Source: Octopus sinensis
Lineage: Eukaryota
Assembly: GCF_006345805.1 (NCBI RefSeq)
Contig: NC_042997.1
Coordinates: 164,982,001-165,046,000 of the forward strand
Direction: 5' to 3'
Length of the DNA stretch: 64,000 nt
Shown here: positions 10,699 through 24,040 of the stretch, piece after piece
Layout of the letters: each line of letters opens with the position of its first letter
How positions within the stretch are numbered: position 1 is the first letter of the stretch
The notes under the pieces: generated by a model
The model's input: only the letters and a program-made list of their open reading frames with translations
Told to the model about the DNA's origin: nothing
The model's database searches: none
Program-made: the position numbers and the translations under genes

Positions 10699-11584
10699 AT
10701 ATATACACACATGTATAAATATATACATATATGAACGTATTTTGCGTATCATCATTCCTACCAGTTTCATTTGCGCTTGGAGATTCATCAGATAATCAGT
10801 AGTTTATTTTCCGTACACAAATTTGTTATTAGCTTATAGATTCTTGTATAAATCAATTACTGATCAGCTGAAATATGGTTTCTTATTTTCCTGTCGACAA
10901 AGATATATAAACATATATATATGTTAATGTTGTGTCGAGAGATGTGATTTCAAATAACAACTCTAGGTCTACCTACTTTAAATATTCCATGTCATATAAC
11001 ATTTTGTGCAATAAATAAAGTAATAAACTAATAGATTAATAAATAAATTAATTGATTAGTGTTACTAATGAATGCGCTGTTACGAAAAATCAGTTTATTT
11101 CGACTTTATCAGTTTATATTTGCTAGAAAGAAATACAAGCTATTAATTTTTCCTTGGAAGGAAAATGATGGTACATATTTTCTGTGGAATCGCGACGCAG
11201 AAACGAAACTACTTAGAATAATCCTAATATTCTGAGTAACACATATTATAATATAATTATTTACATATCTCAAAGTGGCACATACCTTATAAATACTGCT
11301 ACTCATTAAAGCGGTGTCCCAGCATATCGCAGTTCAATGGCTGAGACAAAAAGGTAAGATATATATATATATATGTATATATATATGTATATATATATTA
11401 TTCAGTTGGCATTTGTTATGCTTGGTTGTGAATTTCTTATATCTTTGTCTCGTTATTCTGTGTTACCCTTCATTCTTGTAAAGAGGAAAGAGTTCGGGGT
11501 GGGGATCGCTTACTTTGATATTTTTGGGTTTTCTTAATAGATAATCTAATTAGGATTAGATAATGCTTAGATACTGGTGCCTAG

Positions 11585-11604
11585 TTCTGGGAGGCTGTAT
11601 GGCA

Positions 11605-11699
<95 letters not shown>

Positions 11700-11718
11700 T
11701 TATCTGTCTGTCTATCTG

Positions 11719-11792
<74 letters not shown>
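11585..11792. repeat. (TATC)n/(TGTC)n compound microsatellite
   Basis: Directly visible; similar arrays at 20380-20725, 36665-36730 and 58980-59045. Confidence 0.95.
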
Positions 11793-11802
<10 letters not shown>

Positions 11803-11835
11803 CCTTTCTTTATTTCTTTCTCTCCCCCCTGTCTG

Positions 11836-11866
<31 letters not shown>

Positions 11867-12023
11867 ATATGTGTGTGTGCTCGTGAATGCGTATATGTGT
11901 GTGTGTGCGTCTCTGCGTGTATTTGTGGGTATGTAAGTGTGTGTGTATATATATATATATACACACATATATATATATACACACATGTATATATACATGT
12001 ATACGCACACACACATACGTACA

Positions 12024-12105
<82 letters not shown>

Positions 12106-12616
12106 CACTCACACACACATGGAATGCCTGAACTAAAAGGGTGTAATGAGAGGAAGAGATGAGGCAAAACTTGGCCATAGGCAAATGCGTGACTGAGTTT
12201 TGGGCAGAGTAAAGAAGTACCTACGAATTGGATATTTTTCTGCAAAAGAATTATAGAACTACAGTGTTTAAAATTTGGAACAGCATTTTCTCTTGCTGTT
12301 TTGTTTTAAAGTTCCATATAAACTCTACGTAAAAATATCTTTGGTCAAAACCATTCGCGTTGTAATCATTTGTCTGGCCACACTAACGTCACGGATATCA
12401 ATTTGGTTTGATATAGTGTTCATTTACAAAGGTTTAATAGAAATTTAAGAGTGAAGTTTTATTTAATTCTCTTTATCCAAATATTTTCTTATATTCCTGC
12501 AAAAAAAAAAAAACAGTTTTAAAAGAATGACATAATTCTGTATAATACTATTATTTTGCATACAAACCCAGCGTTGATTTCGTGGATTGTGCAGCCAGTA
12601 ATTCTGTCCATGGAGC

Positions 12617-12683
<67 letters not shown>

Positions 12684-13107
12684 GTAGATTGGTGTGTATG
12701 TGTGGGCATGATAGCTAAAAAAGAAAATACTGAACGTGACGTTGTGAGATTTATCTTACCATTCATAATGCATCGACACCTTTGAAATTGTTTTCAGAAA
12801 ACATCTATGCATATTAATTCACATTTTCAAACATAAACACACGTGCACAAAATCACTCACACACACACACACACGCACATACGCACGCACATACGCACAC
12901 ACACAACACATACGCACACACACACGCCTATGTATATATGATTCTATGTACGTATGCATGAATATATACACATATGTGTACATACAGCTTAATGTTTTTA
13001 TGCGTGTTTGTATGTAGTCATGCATATATAATTATTTCTGTCTTCTCTCATCTCTCTCTCTCTTTATATGTGTATGTGTGTATGTGTGTGTGTGCGTGTG
13101 TACTTGG

Positions 13108-13149
<42 letters not shown>

Positions 13150-13169
13150 ATATATGTATTTATATATGT

Positions 13170-13212
<43 letters not shown>

Positions 13213-14122
13213 CCAAGTATATATTGGTAAACGCCTATTCATTTATACACACGCACTCGCGCAAACACACATGCACACACACACATGTGTATGTGCTTGT
13301 GCATATTTGTGTGCGTGCGTGCGTGCTTGCGTGCGTGCGTGCGTATATAAAAACAACATTCTGCCTGAATACGTAAACATACACAAATAATGGAGATGTG
13401 TATATATGTTTGGGGTGAAACGGTAGCATTTATAAATAAATATCATAATTATAAATAAATATACATGCAGACGAAAACTGCACTTATAGATATAATCACG
13501 TATATACAATCCAAAATATATGCTTCAGAATCGTGTAAACAAATAAAGGGATAAAAGAATAAAGTAAATACGGAAAATTGTGTGCTACGCTTGTTTCTGT
13601 TTTCTTCCATTTTGTTTTTTAATAAACAATATTTCTATGGATGTCGTTGTAAGAAATAACGCCTGCTAATGGGCATTGGTTGTTTTGTTTATAAGTAGCC
13701 ATCGTTTATGTAAAAACAAGAAAAATATTGAATAATAATAAATGCATACATACAAAAATAAATAAATAAATAAATAAACAAAGCAGAGATATAAAGCAAG
13801 TAAGAAATAACGACGACGATGAAGATGACGAAGACAACGACAAGAAAACAACGACTATGGCAACGACAACACAACATAACAAAATATAGCTTTCTTAAGA
13901 TCCTAGTATTTGGTTCTAGCTATTCCTATCTTGGAGACTAATGAAGTAGTGAAATCGACGATGGAAATAAATCATGAAGAATTGATGTGTTTGTTGCAAC
14001 AAGAAAGAATGAAAGTTTCTCTGTGTGTGTGTGTGTGTTAATGTGGATAGGTGTGTGTGTGGGGGGGGTACATTAATGTTTACAAATAATGTTTACATTA
14101 TGTATGTATATAATATATATTG

Positions 14123-14204
<82 letters not shown>

Positions 14205-14571
14205 GTGTATATTTATATATAGTATATACATATACACACACACATAGTGTGCGTGTGTGTGTATGTGTGTTCGTTCGTTATTAGCGACGGAAGCAGTATT
14301 AGATTCCTACACTGAAATATATATCCATATATAGATATGCGTTATATGCATTGCTTATACACATACATACATACATACATTCCCATAAATATATATATAT
14401 AATATAAAATATATATATATAACATAATATATATATACATAGTATGTACATATATTATAATAATAACATTATTAATAATAATGATAGTAAATATATATAG
14501 TTATATATATATATATACATTCACATATATATATACATATATATATAAATATATATATTGTTATATATATG

Positions 14572-14619
<48 letters not shown>

Positions 14620-15563
14620 TTATATATTATATATATAGATATATATATATATATATATCTATATATATATATATATATATATATACATGCATATCCACAC
14701 ACATCCATACATATACATATAACAGAGTTGAAAGAAAAGGAAACCATGCGAGAATAATAAGCAGAATATCAAAATAATAACAATAATAATATTTATGATG
14801 ACAGCAAGGAAAAAAAGGAGAACAGAATATTTTTTTTTCCACTTGTTTTACTTTTCTGATGTTGATGATGTTGTTTTTTCTATGTAAAATTACTCTAAGT
14901 ACGTAAACGCCTGAAAGAGGGAGAACGTGCACGAGAGGAAAGTGATGAATAATAACTGAGAATCGATTATAATTAACTCCGTCTATAATCGGAGCTATTT
15001 ACAAAACAAACCGGGTTTAGCAGAGATAAAGGGAAAGATGGCGGCGGCAGAAAGCAATTAGATTGAAATGGCGATATTATGGACAGTTTTTTAAGAAAAA
15101 ATGTTAAGCAACAGAGCGTCGGCCTATCAGTGGCTTTAACGTTGTTTATACTTGCATGTTCGCCTATGTTTATATGCATGAATATGTAAATGTTTTTATT
15201 TCACGGGTGGATTCATTGCATTTACAAACGTATACACACATAACGATAAATACACGTACATAAACGGATTTGCATACATTCTTGTACATACAAGTATGCT
15301 TGGTGTAGGCTTGTGCGTGCGGATACAAGCGTTTACGAATGTATGCACGTTTTATGTGAGTATATATATGTTGTATGTGTTTATGCATATGCTGGATATG
15401 CATAAATGGATACCTTAAAACAGCATTATTTAAATTTCGTTCATATATATATATATATATACTTTATTTAAAAGCAGCATAAATAGCTTTGTTTAAATTA
15501 CTCTACCTCTGGTATTTGAGTACTCTTTTTCCACCTTGTTTCACATTTATGTGCTTACTCTGG

Positions 15564-15605
<42 letters not shown>

Positions 15606-15727
15606 ATATGCGTGCATACATACACGTATATGTATGTATATGCATGTGTATATATAATATATGTACGCTACGCATATATATATATATATATTATATATAG
15701 AGAGAGAGAGAGAGAGAGACGCGCGCA

Positions 15728-15890
15728 CGCGCACACACACGAGGGTATGCTGAAAAGTTACCGGCTTTGGGTAAAAGAAAAACAGGACGATCGGTTAATT
15801 ATGATTTTATATAACACATTCTCTCAGATTCACACACTTATTGCAGTGGTCCTTCAACTTTTCTAAGCCCTGTAAAAGAACTCGGAATGA
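15728..15890 (+). mobile_element. Mariner-like terminal fragment
   Basis: Starts cgagggtatgctgaaaagttaccggct, resembling CGAGGGG..CTGAAAAGTTC mariner-type TIRs; no matching right end found. Confidence 0.4.
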
Positions 15891-16987
15891 TTGGCCTCTA
15901 ACCAGGCCTTTCATGATACGCTTAACGCTAGGAACATTTCAGCACACCCTCGTATATATATGCAAACATATATACGTCTCTCCATACCGCAATGCATACG
16001 TATACGAATGCAATTATCTTAGACCTACAATATAAAAAGGCGCCTTAAATTTAGTATGGAATATTTTTTTGTTTTTCTCTTGCCTCTCTTAGTTCTTTTT
16101 CTTGCTTTTAATACAGAGTATCTGCATAAACGTTAGATTCTCTGCTTTCTCTTCCTTTGGCGCAGTTATCCTCATTGTGCACTACTTTCATTTTTTTATC
16201 GCTACATATTTCTACGTTTTATAGTTACTTGCTTATGCTTGTCTGACTGAGTATTATTATTCTGTTTCCTCTTTACCTCATGATCCTTCTCGTATTCTGC
16301 CAAAGTGTTGGACAACCGCTATGCTGATGACACCTTTTGGGGCAGAAACGTGTATTTTGGACTATCCTCTTGTCTCCAAACAATAAGCCCGTCCTTTTAT
16401 TCAACGGTATGCCAGATATGGGTAATGATTCATTCATAAGTTTACTTCCTCTTCCTCATATAGGGCAGGTCACAGTTATATCATGGCAAATATAACACAT
16501 CCTCTAGAGGCGGCGATAATTCTTATAAATGAAGAATTTATGTTGTATGGCATTTGATATATCTGTACTTGTCACTGTTCTTCAGATACATGCCATTGGT
16601 CACTCTGAGTTATTTCTCATGGCTCTTTTTGTTCGCGCGTGCGCAAGTGCACACACTCATATTTATACACACACACACACACACACATATTAGTAATGCT
16701 CGCTTGCAATTGACAGCCACAATTTTGATTTATGTCTATACACAATCATACGTACACAATCACACCACGCGCCATACATATGTATAAGCATGTGTGTGGT
16801 TGTGTGTGCGTCAACGTGTGCATGCGTGTGTGCTGTTATGGTTGCTGTAAGGAATAAAAAACGCTTTACTTACGTACATCGACCAGACACAAGCCCCGGT
16901 AAAAATTTGGATTGAACTGGAAAACGTATGTACGTATGTATGTATGTATGTATGTATGTATGTATGTATGTATGTATGTATACTCAT

Positions 16988-17384
16988 TTACTCTTTTACT
17001 TGTTTCAGTAATTTGACTGTGGTCATGATGCAGCACCGCCTTTAGTTGAGCAAATCGACCCTAGGACTTATTCTTTGTAAAACTAGTACTTATTCTATCG
17101 GTCGCTTTTGCCGAACCGCTAAGTTACGGGCACGTAAACACACCAGCATCGGTTGTCAAGCGATGTTGGGGTGGGGGGACAAACACAGACACACACAAAC
17201 ACGCATATATATACATATATACGAAGGGCTTCTTTCAGTTTCCATCTACCAAATCCACTCACAAGGCTTTGGTCGGCCCGAGGTTATAGTAAAAGACACT
17301 TACCCAAGGTGTCACGCAGTGGGACTGAACCCGGATCCATGTGGTTGGTAAGCAAGCTACTTACCACACAGCCACTCCGGTGCC
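16988..17384 (-). mobile_element. tRNA-derived SINE family A
   Basis: Full-length reverse-complement copy. Confidence 0.85.
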
Positions 17385-17588
17385 TATAGAAAGTATGGAA
17401 CGCTTCACGAATTTGCGTATGCATGTATGTATGTATGTATGTATGTATGTATGTATGTATGTATGTATGTATGTATGTACGTACGTACGTACGTACGTAT
17501 GTATGTATGTATGTATGTATGTATGTATGTATGTATGTATGTATGCATGTATGTATGTATGTGTGTATGTATGTTTGTGTATGTATGT

Positions 17589-18140
17589 AGCTAGCCAAGC
17601 CGAATGCTAGTATTATTCTATATCATTCTGACCGATTTTTTGTCTGGCATTCGGCTTGGCTAGCTGCCACTGATGATCCGTGATACGGGAAATCTCGTGG
17701 TACGGTAGTGCCATCTACTGCTGTACAGATGGAATTTCTTCAGTTGATAATAGAATTTCGATGCTTTTTTAGCATTTGTTGTCAGCACTAAATTAATTTG
17801 GGGGATGTGTGCAGCAGTATAAGGCGTTATAAACAACATTCAAGTTGGGTTGGATGTTGCGAAAACTGCAACACTCGATAATAGCTTACACAACACGCCA
17901 AGTTTTCGCGGCACTACTGGCTGATTGGCCAGTATTATTCGGCCTCGGTTGACCGGTTTTCTCTCTGGTATTTGGATTAGCTAGCTGTCGCTGATGATCC
18001 GCGATATGATCAAATCATGTGGAACTATAGTGCCATCTGCTGGTGTACTGATGGAATTTCGATGCTTTATAGCATCTGTCGTCTACCTACGCGAAATGAT
18101 TTTTCGGGACGTTTACAGCAGATTAAGTTGATATAAAAAA
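17589..18140 (+). repeat. Diverged direct tandem duplication, ~321-bp period
   Basis: Shared blocks agtattattc, gctagctg..ctgatgatcc, tagtgccatct.ctg..gtac.gatggaattt and cgatgcttt.tagcat.tgt.gtc recur 321-322 bp apart (ctgatga at 17670 and 17991). Confidence 0.8.
18030..18043 (-). promoter_or_regulatory. CTCF consensus-like motif CCAGCAGATGGCAC (second copy GCAGTAGATGGCAC at 17708-17721)
   Basis: Exact match to CCASYAGRKGGCRS; the paralogous copy has one mismatch. Function untested. Confidence 0.35.
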
Positions 18141-18245
18141 CACATTCATGCTAGACCGGATGGGCTTCTTCTTCTTCTTCTTCTTCTTCTTCTTCTTCTT
18201 CTTCTTCTTCTTCTTCTTCTTCTTCTTCTTCTTCTTCTTCTTCTC

Positions 18246-18838
18246 ATTATTATTATTATTATTATTACTTTTTTTTTCTTCTTTCAAATTTGCTTCCATT
18301 TCTTGCCGAGTGTCTTCCCGACTCCTAGGGCAAAGAATTCATAGTATATATTGGTAGGCCATTAAACCCAACTCAATAGTTCGTTCGTTCATTTTTTTTT
18401 TTTTTTTTTTTAAGTTAAATTAAAATACATGAGCAGCAACAGTTCTCACATCGACAATGCTCTTCTCAATACGTGTGATGTACCATTAAGACAATCTTTT
18501 GCACTTCTTGCAGGATGGTAAGCCAGGGATCATTCTCATATAATTTTCGGTTCCCTTCTTGATCATCCTAGTGCTCCTACGATCACTGGTATTGTAACCG
18601 CCTTGAGATGCCACATTTTCTCAATTTCAATGAGAAGGTCTTTATATTTTCTGAGCTTGTCAAACTCTTTCGCTGAGATATTATGATCACAGGGGATGCT
18701 CATGTCGATCAATAAGCAAACTTTATTGTTTTGGTCTTTCACAACAATATCTGGTTTATTGGCCTTGATGGTTCGGTCTGTATGTACTGGAAAGTCCCAC
18801 AGAATGGTTACATTTTCTCCTTCAGTTACAGCCTCAGT
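18246..18838 (-). mobile_element. R4/Dong-like LINE 3' fragment (RLE domain plus 3' UTR) flanked by (TAA)n
   Basis: ILWDFPVHTDRTIKANKPDIVVKDQNNKVCLLIDMSIPCDHNISAKEFDKLRKYKDL...IPVIVGALG (PD..D...K.KY RLE motif), with (ATT)n on both sides. Confidence 0.85.
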
Positions 18839-18858
18839 TATTATTATTATTATTATTA

Positions 18859-18897
<39 letters not shown>

Positions 18898-18944
18898 CAT
18901 CATTATTATTATTATTATTATTATTATTTGATGAAGAAAAGACC

Positions 18945-19305
18945 AAGTTTGGGCGCCTGGCTCCTAGAATGTCGTTAGGTGTTCACAGCAATGGCATCGG
19001 TGGATGTTCTTCTTTAGCAATTGGTAGAGGATTATTGGCGGGGAAGAACGACGACGCTCTCGGGAAGACCCTGGGCGTCGACGAAAACGAATTGGCTAGT
19101 CTTTCTGGAGGACTTCTCAGTCGGGAACTATCATGGATAATCTCCAGACGTCCGTGGCCTGGCAGTGCTACCGGAGTGTGGAGGGGGCGCTACCGGTTCG
19201 GGATAAACTTTACAAGCACGGATTTACTGTTATACTTACTTGACCGAGATGCGCACAGTTACGAAACCGATCTGCACGCACTCAGTGTCTGAGCATTGCT
19301 GACTT
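18945..19305 (+). pseudogene. Tx1/L1-like LINE fragment (zinc-binding region after RT)
   Basis: Plus frame MDNLQTSVAWQCYRSVEGALPVRDKLYKHGFTVILT*PRC, resembling the zf-RVT pattern LP..D.L...G......CP.C. Confidence 0.65.
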
Positions 19306-19310
19306 GTGAA

Positions 19311-19730
19311 GGCGCAGGAGTGGCTGTGTGGTAAGTAGCTTGCTTACCAACCACATGGTTCAGGGTCAATTCCCACTGCGTGGCACCTTGGGAAAGTGTC
19401 TTCTACTATATCCTTGGGACGACCAAATCCTTGTGAGTGGATTTGGTAGACGGAAACTGAAAGAAGTCCGTCGTATATATACGTATATATATACATATAT
19501 ATGTATGTATATGTATATGTATGTGTGTGTATACGTTTATGTGTCTGTGTTTGTCCCCCAACATCGCTTGACAACCGATGATAGTGTGTTTACGTCCCCG
19601 TAACTTAGCGGTTCGGCAAAAGAGACCGATAGTACTAGGCTTCCAAAGAATAAGTCCGCGGTCGATTTGCTCGTCTAAAGGCAGTGCTCCAGCATGGCGC
19701 AGTCAAATGACTGAAACAAGTAAAAAAGAG
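19311..19730 (+). mobile_element. tRNA-derived SINE family A
   Basis: ggcgcaggagtggctgtgtggtaag head; full body. Confidence 0.85.
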
Positions 19731-19784
19731 TTAAAAGAGTTAGCTGCTGTTACGTGTGTAACGAATCTGTCTATCGGCCGAGTC

Positions 19785-19884
19785 NNNNNNNNNNNNNNNN
19801 NNNNNNNNNNNNNNNNNNNNNNNNNNNNNNNNNNNNNNNNNNNNNNNNNNNNNNNNNNNNNNNNNNNNNNNNNNNNNNNNNNNN
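19785..19884. other. Assembly gap (100 N)
   Basis: Run of 100 N, typical of a scaffold join of unknown size. Confidence 0.99.
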
Positions 19885-20673
19885 AATATTTTCTTGAGTA
19901 AATACTTTGAAGTTGTTCATTGTTTTATTTTCATTGTAGGGAGCCATTTTTTTTTTAATCAAAAAGTGTCAGTTTTGTAAATCTACACATAATTCAGCTA
20001 AGAAGCCACCTGGTTGATATTTGGTGCTTTAATGTAATATGGAGACAATGAAAGGAAAGTGTTGCAAGGTTTCATAACGGAAACAAAGAAAAGAATGAGG
20101 TCCCTAATTGTTCATAAAGGTACTTAGAAACCATGTGAAACGTTGAAAATATTAATATCGCATCATCGAAAATATTAATGTTGCAAACTTGAAATGAAAA
20201 TTCGTCTCAATATTCACACACACACATGTACACACAAGCACATACGCGCACATAAACATACACCCACAGTCTTATTCTTTGTATATATCTGTGTATGTGT
20301 GTGCATATGCATGTGTATATCTGCAGATTTGTGCTCAAATATAATATACAGTATATACCCATACTCTAACATACATAGGTCTATCTATCTATTTATGTAT
20401 CTATCTATATATCTATCTATCTATCTATCTATCTGTATGTCTATCTGTCTGTCTGTCTGTCTGCATGTCTATCTGTCTGTCTCTGTCTGTCCGTCTGTCT
20501 TTTTATCTAGCTATCTATCTATCTGTCTGTCTGTCTGTCTGTATATCTATCTATCTGTCTGTCTGTCTATTTATTTATCTATCTATCTGTCTATCTGTCT
20601 GTCTGTTTATTTGTCTGTCTCTATCTATCTGTCAGTTTGTCTGTCTATCTACCTATCTATCTATCTTTCTATG

Positions 20674-20724
<51 letters not shown>

Positions 20725-20849
20725 AATGACCGAAACAAATAAAAAATAAGCGGTAAATATTTTGTGTGTATGTGGAGTGTTTGTGTGTGCTGTGAGTGGG
20801 CTAGTATTTCTCAGTTCGGGAATCACAGATATAGACGTTGAGTAGCTTT

Positions 20850-21190
20850 TCATCCCTACAATCTTTCTGTCTATCATCGTCGGGAATGTTGCAAGTATGA
20901 TTTTTTCTACCCTTACTTCTATGGAAGGTGTTCAGACAAGTTTCATTCTATGACTCCACCAGTCTCAGAATTCCCCATCAGATGTTGTTTTACCAAATTT
21001 AGCAAAGTACCTCCGTTTGTCCTCCAAAATTCACCAACAAGCTGCTAATTCTATGTTTTAAGTTTTTTCCCCTAGAACAGCTGAATTATGAAATAAACTA
21101 TTGTACCATAGTTTTCCTGCAGAATATAGTCTTAATCTTTGTAAATTCAGCATTGACTAATATTTTGCCTTATATTGATGGGTTCTTAAA
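20850..21190 (+). pseudogene. CR1/L2-group LINE 3' end relic
   Basis: Frameshifted HRRNVASM..FYPYFYGRCSDKFHSMTPP...FFPRTA.L*N...FPAEYSLNL, matching the C-terminal pattern of this LINE group. Confidence 0.6.
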
Positions 21191-21334
21191 ATTCAATATT
21201 TTCATTGGTTGTTTTATTACCATCTCATTTCCCCTCTATTTATTAGCTCTCTTGATAGCATCTTGAAAATTTTGGCAAGTCCCTTAATATCTTGGAGTCG
21301 TAGGAGCACTGCAGCCATGTAGCGTATATAGGGC

Positions 21335-21690
21335 GCGAAAGCTTGGCGGAACCCATCTCTCTCCAGGCCAAACTCATTTATACAGATGAGTGGACTGAGG
21401 CAACGTGAAATGACGTGCTTTGCTCAAGAACACAGCGGATTGCTCGTTCCAGCGATCGAAACCACAATCTTATGGTCGCGAATCCAACACCCTAACCACT
21501 AAGAGACTTGCTTCCACTAATGGTACTCATTTCTATAGTTGAGTGTACAGGAGAAAATGAAGTGAAGTGTTTTGCTCAAGAATACAACGCATTGCCCGGT
21601 CCAGGAATCGAAACCACAATCTTACGATCGCGAGTCCAACACCCAAACCATTAATCCACGTGCCTAACCGCTAAGCCACGCGCCGTTGGC
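21335..21690 (-). mobile_element. Two adjacent CORE-like tRNA SINE fragments (another at 45165-45345)
   Basis: tggactgaggcaacgtgaaatga.gtg.tttgctcaagaa and ggaatcgaaaccacaatcttacgatc blocks (reverse B-box), repeated in the window. Confidence 0.6.
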
Positions 21691-22121
21691 ATCTTACCTT
21701 GTTTTAATGTCATCAGTTCCTTTATTAGTTCATTCGTTAACTTCTCAACATATTTAATTTCAATCTTTACTCAATTATTTTACTGAAGCCTTTTATTTCC
21801 ATTTTAAGTATGTGATTTTATGGCATTAATGCCACTCTCCTCTTTCTTCTAATCTTTTCCCAAGAAGTGGCCTTCGAACTTTACTTGGGAATATTTCAAT
21901 TAAAAAACAAAAGTATCATTTTATTAACTGTTTTATTCATCAATTTATTTTACTATCTATATATCTATAATGTAACACGTTATAGATAGATAGACAGGTA
22001 GCAAGCTAGTTAGCGAACTAGAGATAGAGAAACAGTGAGGCAGAGACAAGAAAAGGCCGATGCAAAGTAGCGAAGGATAGACAGAGGGAAGAAGAGATGA
22101 ATACCAGAAAATATATAACAA

Positions 22122-22169
<48 letters not shown>

Positions 22170-23069
22170 TAAATATGGAATGTAATGGAGAATAAATCTG
22201 ATCTCTAGCAGTGCGGTAGAGCTCTGGGCATGTTTCTTTCTTATCAAACGTCATCAACGTCTAAACTTGACTGCAGCAACTCAGAACAATAGTTCTCAAA
22301 CGATGTACAGTAGATATGTTTTGAAAATATTTTTAAAGCTTCAGAGAATCTATACCATTGATTATATATCTATGCAATAATTTTTTAAATTTCTAACTTC
22401 AAAATAGTTTTATTCAAAAATAGTTTTATTCAAATTTGTCATATGAAGTGCGCCAGTAATTATTTTGTTAGATTTTCTGTGTGATATAAAGTAAAAAAAA
22501 AAAAAAGATTGCAAACATTTGGATGATCATAACTAGAGAAAACTACAGGTTTTGGGGTTTTGTTTTCATGTATAAACACTAAATGGCTGGTATAAAATAC
22601 TCAGGAAGCCTGCTGTATGAAAAATTAATAGTAAAGTGGGTGCTAGCAAACTGGATGTGAGCCAAGAGATTTTAATTGATCAAAATTGCTCATTTGTTGA
22701 TGAAGTAAAATAATTATTTAAATAATTATTTTTTGTCAGAAAAGTCAGAACTACTCTGAAATTTCAATAAATCAGAATTAAATATGAAGTAAGATGGGGT
22801 GTGAGGTTAATCTTTAGCTGTGCGGTGTCAATTTCAGACGTGTTTCGGTATTATTAGACCTCCTCAATAAAGCATGGTTTGACTGATCTATGTATAAGGA
22901 CAGGACACATTTGATACTGTTGTCTTATATATCCCTAAAAAGATGGGATGGTCATGGCTAGAATGGTTTTAAAGAGCAACGGCAACAACAAAACCAAAAC
23001 CAACGAGGACCAACGAGGGAGTCTCTATCCAGTCGCTCGTACTGCTGAGAGTAAGATTCTTTTATTCTT

Positions 23070-23428
23070 TTACTTATTTCAGTCATTTGACTGCGGCCAT
23101 GCTGGAGCACCGCCATTAGTCGAACAAATCGACTCTAGGACTTATTCTTTGTAAACCTAGTCCTTATTCTATCAGTCACTTTTGCCGAAACTTTAGGTTT
23201 CGAGGACGTAAACACACCGACATCGATGTCAAGCGATGGGGGTGGAGAGAAACACAGACACACAAATACATACATAATACATATATATATATGTGTGTGT
23301 GTGTGTATACGACGGGATTTTTTCGTCTACCAAATCCACCCACATGGTTTTAGTCGTTCCGAGGTTATAGTAGAAGACATTTGCCGGAACCACGTGGTTG
23401 GGAAGCAAACTTCTTACCACACAGCCAT
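23070..23428 (-). mobile_element. tRNA-derived SINE family A (degenerate)
   Basis: Reverse-complement similarity to other family A copies; also 27408-27779 and 58090-58452. Confidence 0.8.
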
Positions 23429-23764
23429 TCCGTCAAATTTCATTCAACTTACATGGTACGGTCTTGGGGGAAAGAAAGAAGAAAAAGACACTTCATCTGA
23501 ATAACGGATGAGATGGACCCAACTGGAGCGCATTTGATCATAGGTCTGCTAAGTTAACATTGAACTAGGTCTGAACAGCATCATGAATAACATCGACAGC
23601 AGCAATAACAACAACAACAGAAGCAATTTGTTGACGTTTCCTATGATTTTCAGCTTTTAAATTAAGAGAAGCAAATGAGAACACGTATATCGAAAGAAAG
23701 GAAAGACAAAAAGAGATAGGGAAAATGAAAGTGAGAAAATTACAGGAGAGATGGGAAAGAACGA

Positions 23765-24040
23765 AATATAAGAGAGAGAGAGTGAGAGAGAGAGGGGGAA
23801 GAGAGAGGGGGAGAGAAAGAAAGAAAGAAAGAGAGAGAGAGAAAGAAAGAAAGAAAGAAAGAAAGAAAAGAGAAAGAAAGAAAGAGTGAGAGAGAAAGAT
23901 AAAGAGAGAGAGAGAGAGAGAGAGAAAGAAAGAGAAAGAAAGAAAGAAAGAAAGAGAGAGAAAGAAAGAAAGAGAGAGAGAGAGAAAGAGAGACGGAGAG
24001 AGAGAGAAAGATAGAAAGAGAGAGAGAGAGAGGAAGGCAG
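23765..24040. repeat. (AG)n/(AAAG)n microsatellite
   Basis: Directly visible. Confidence 0.95.
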
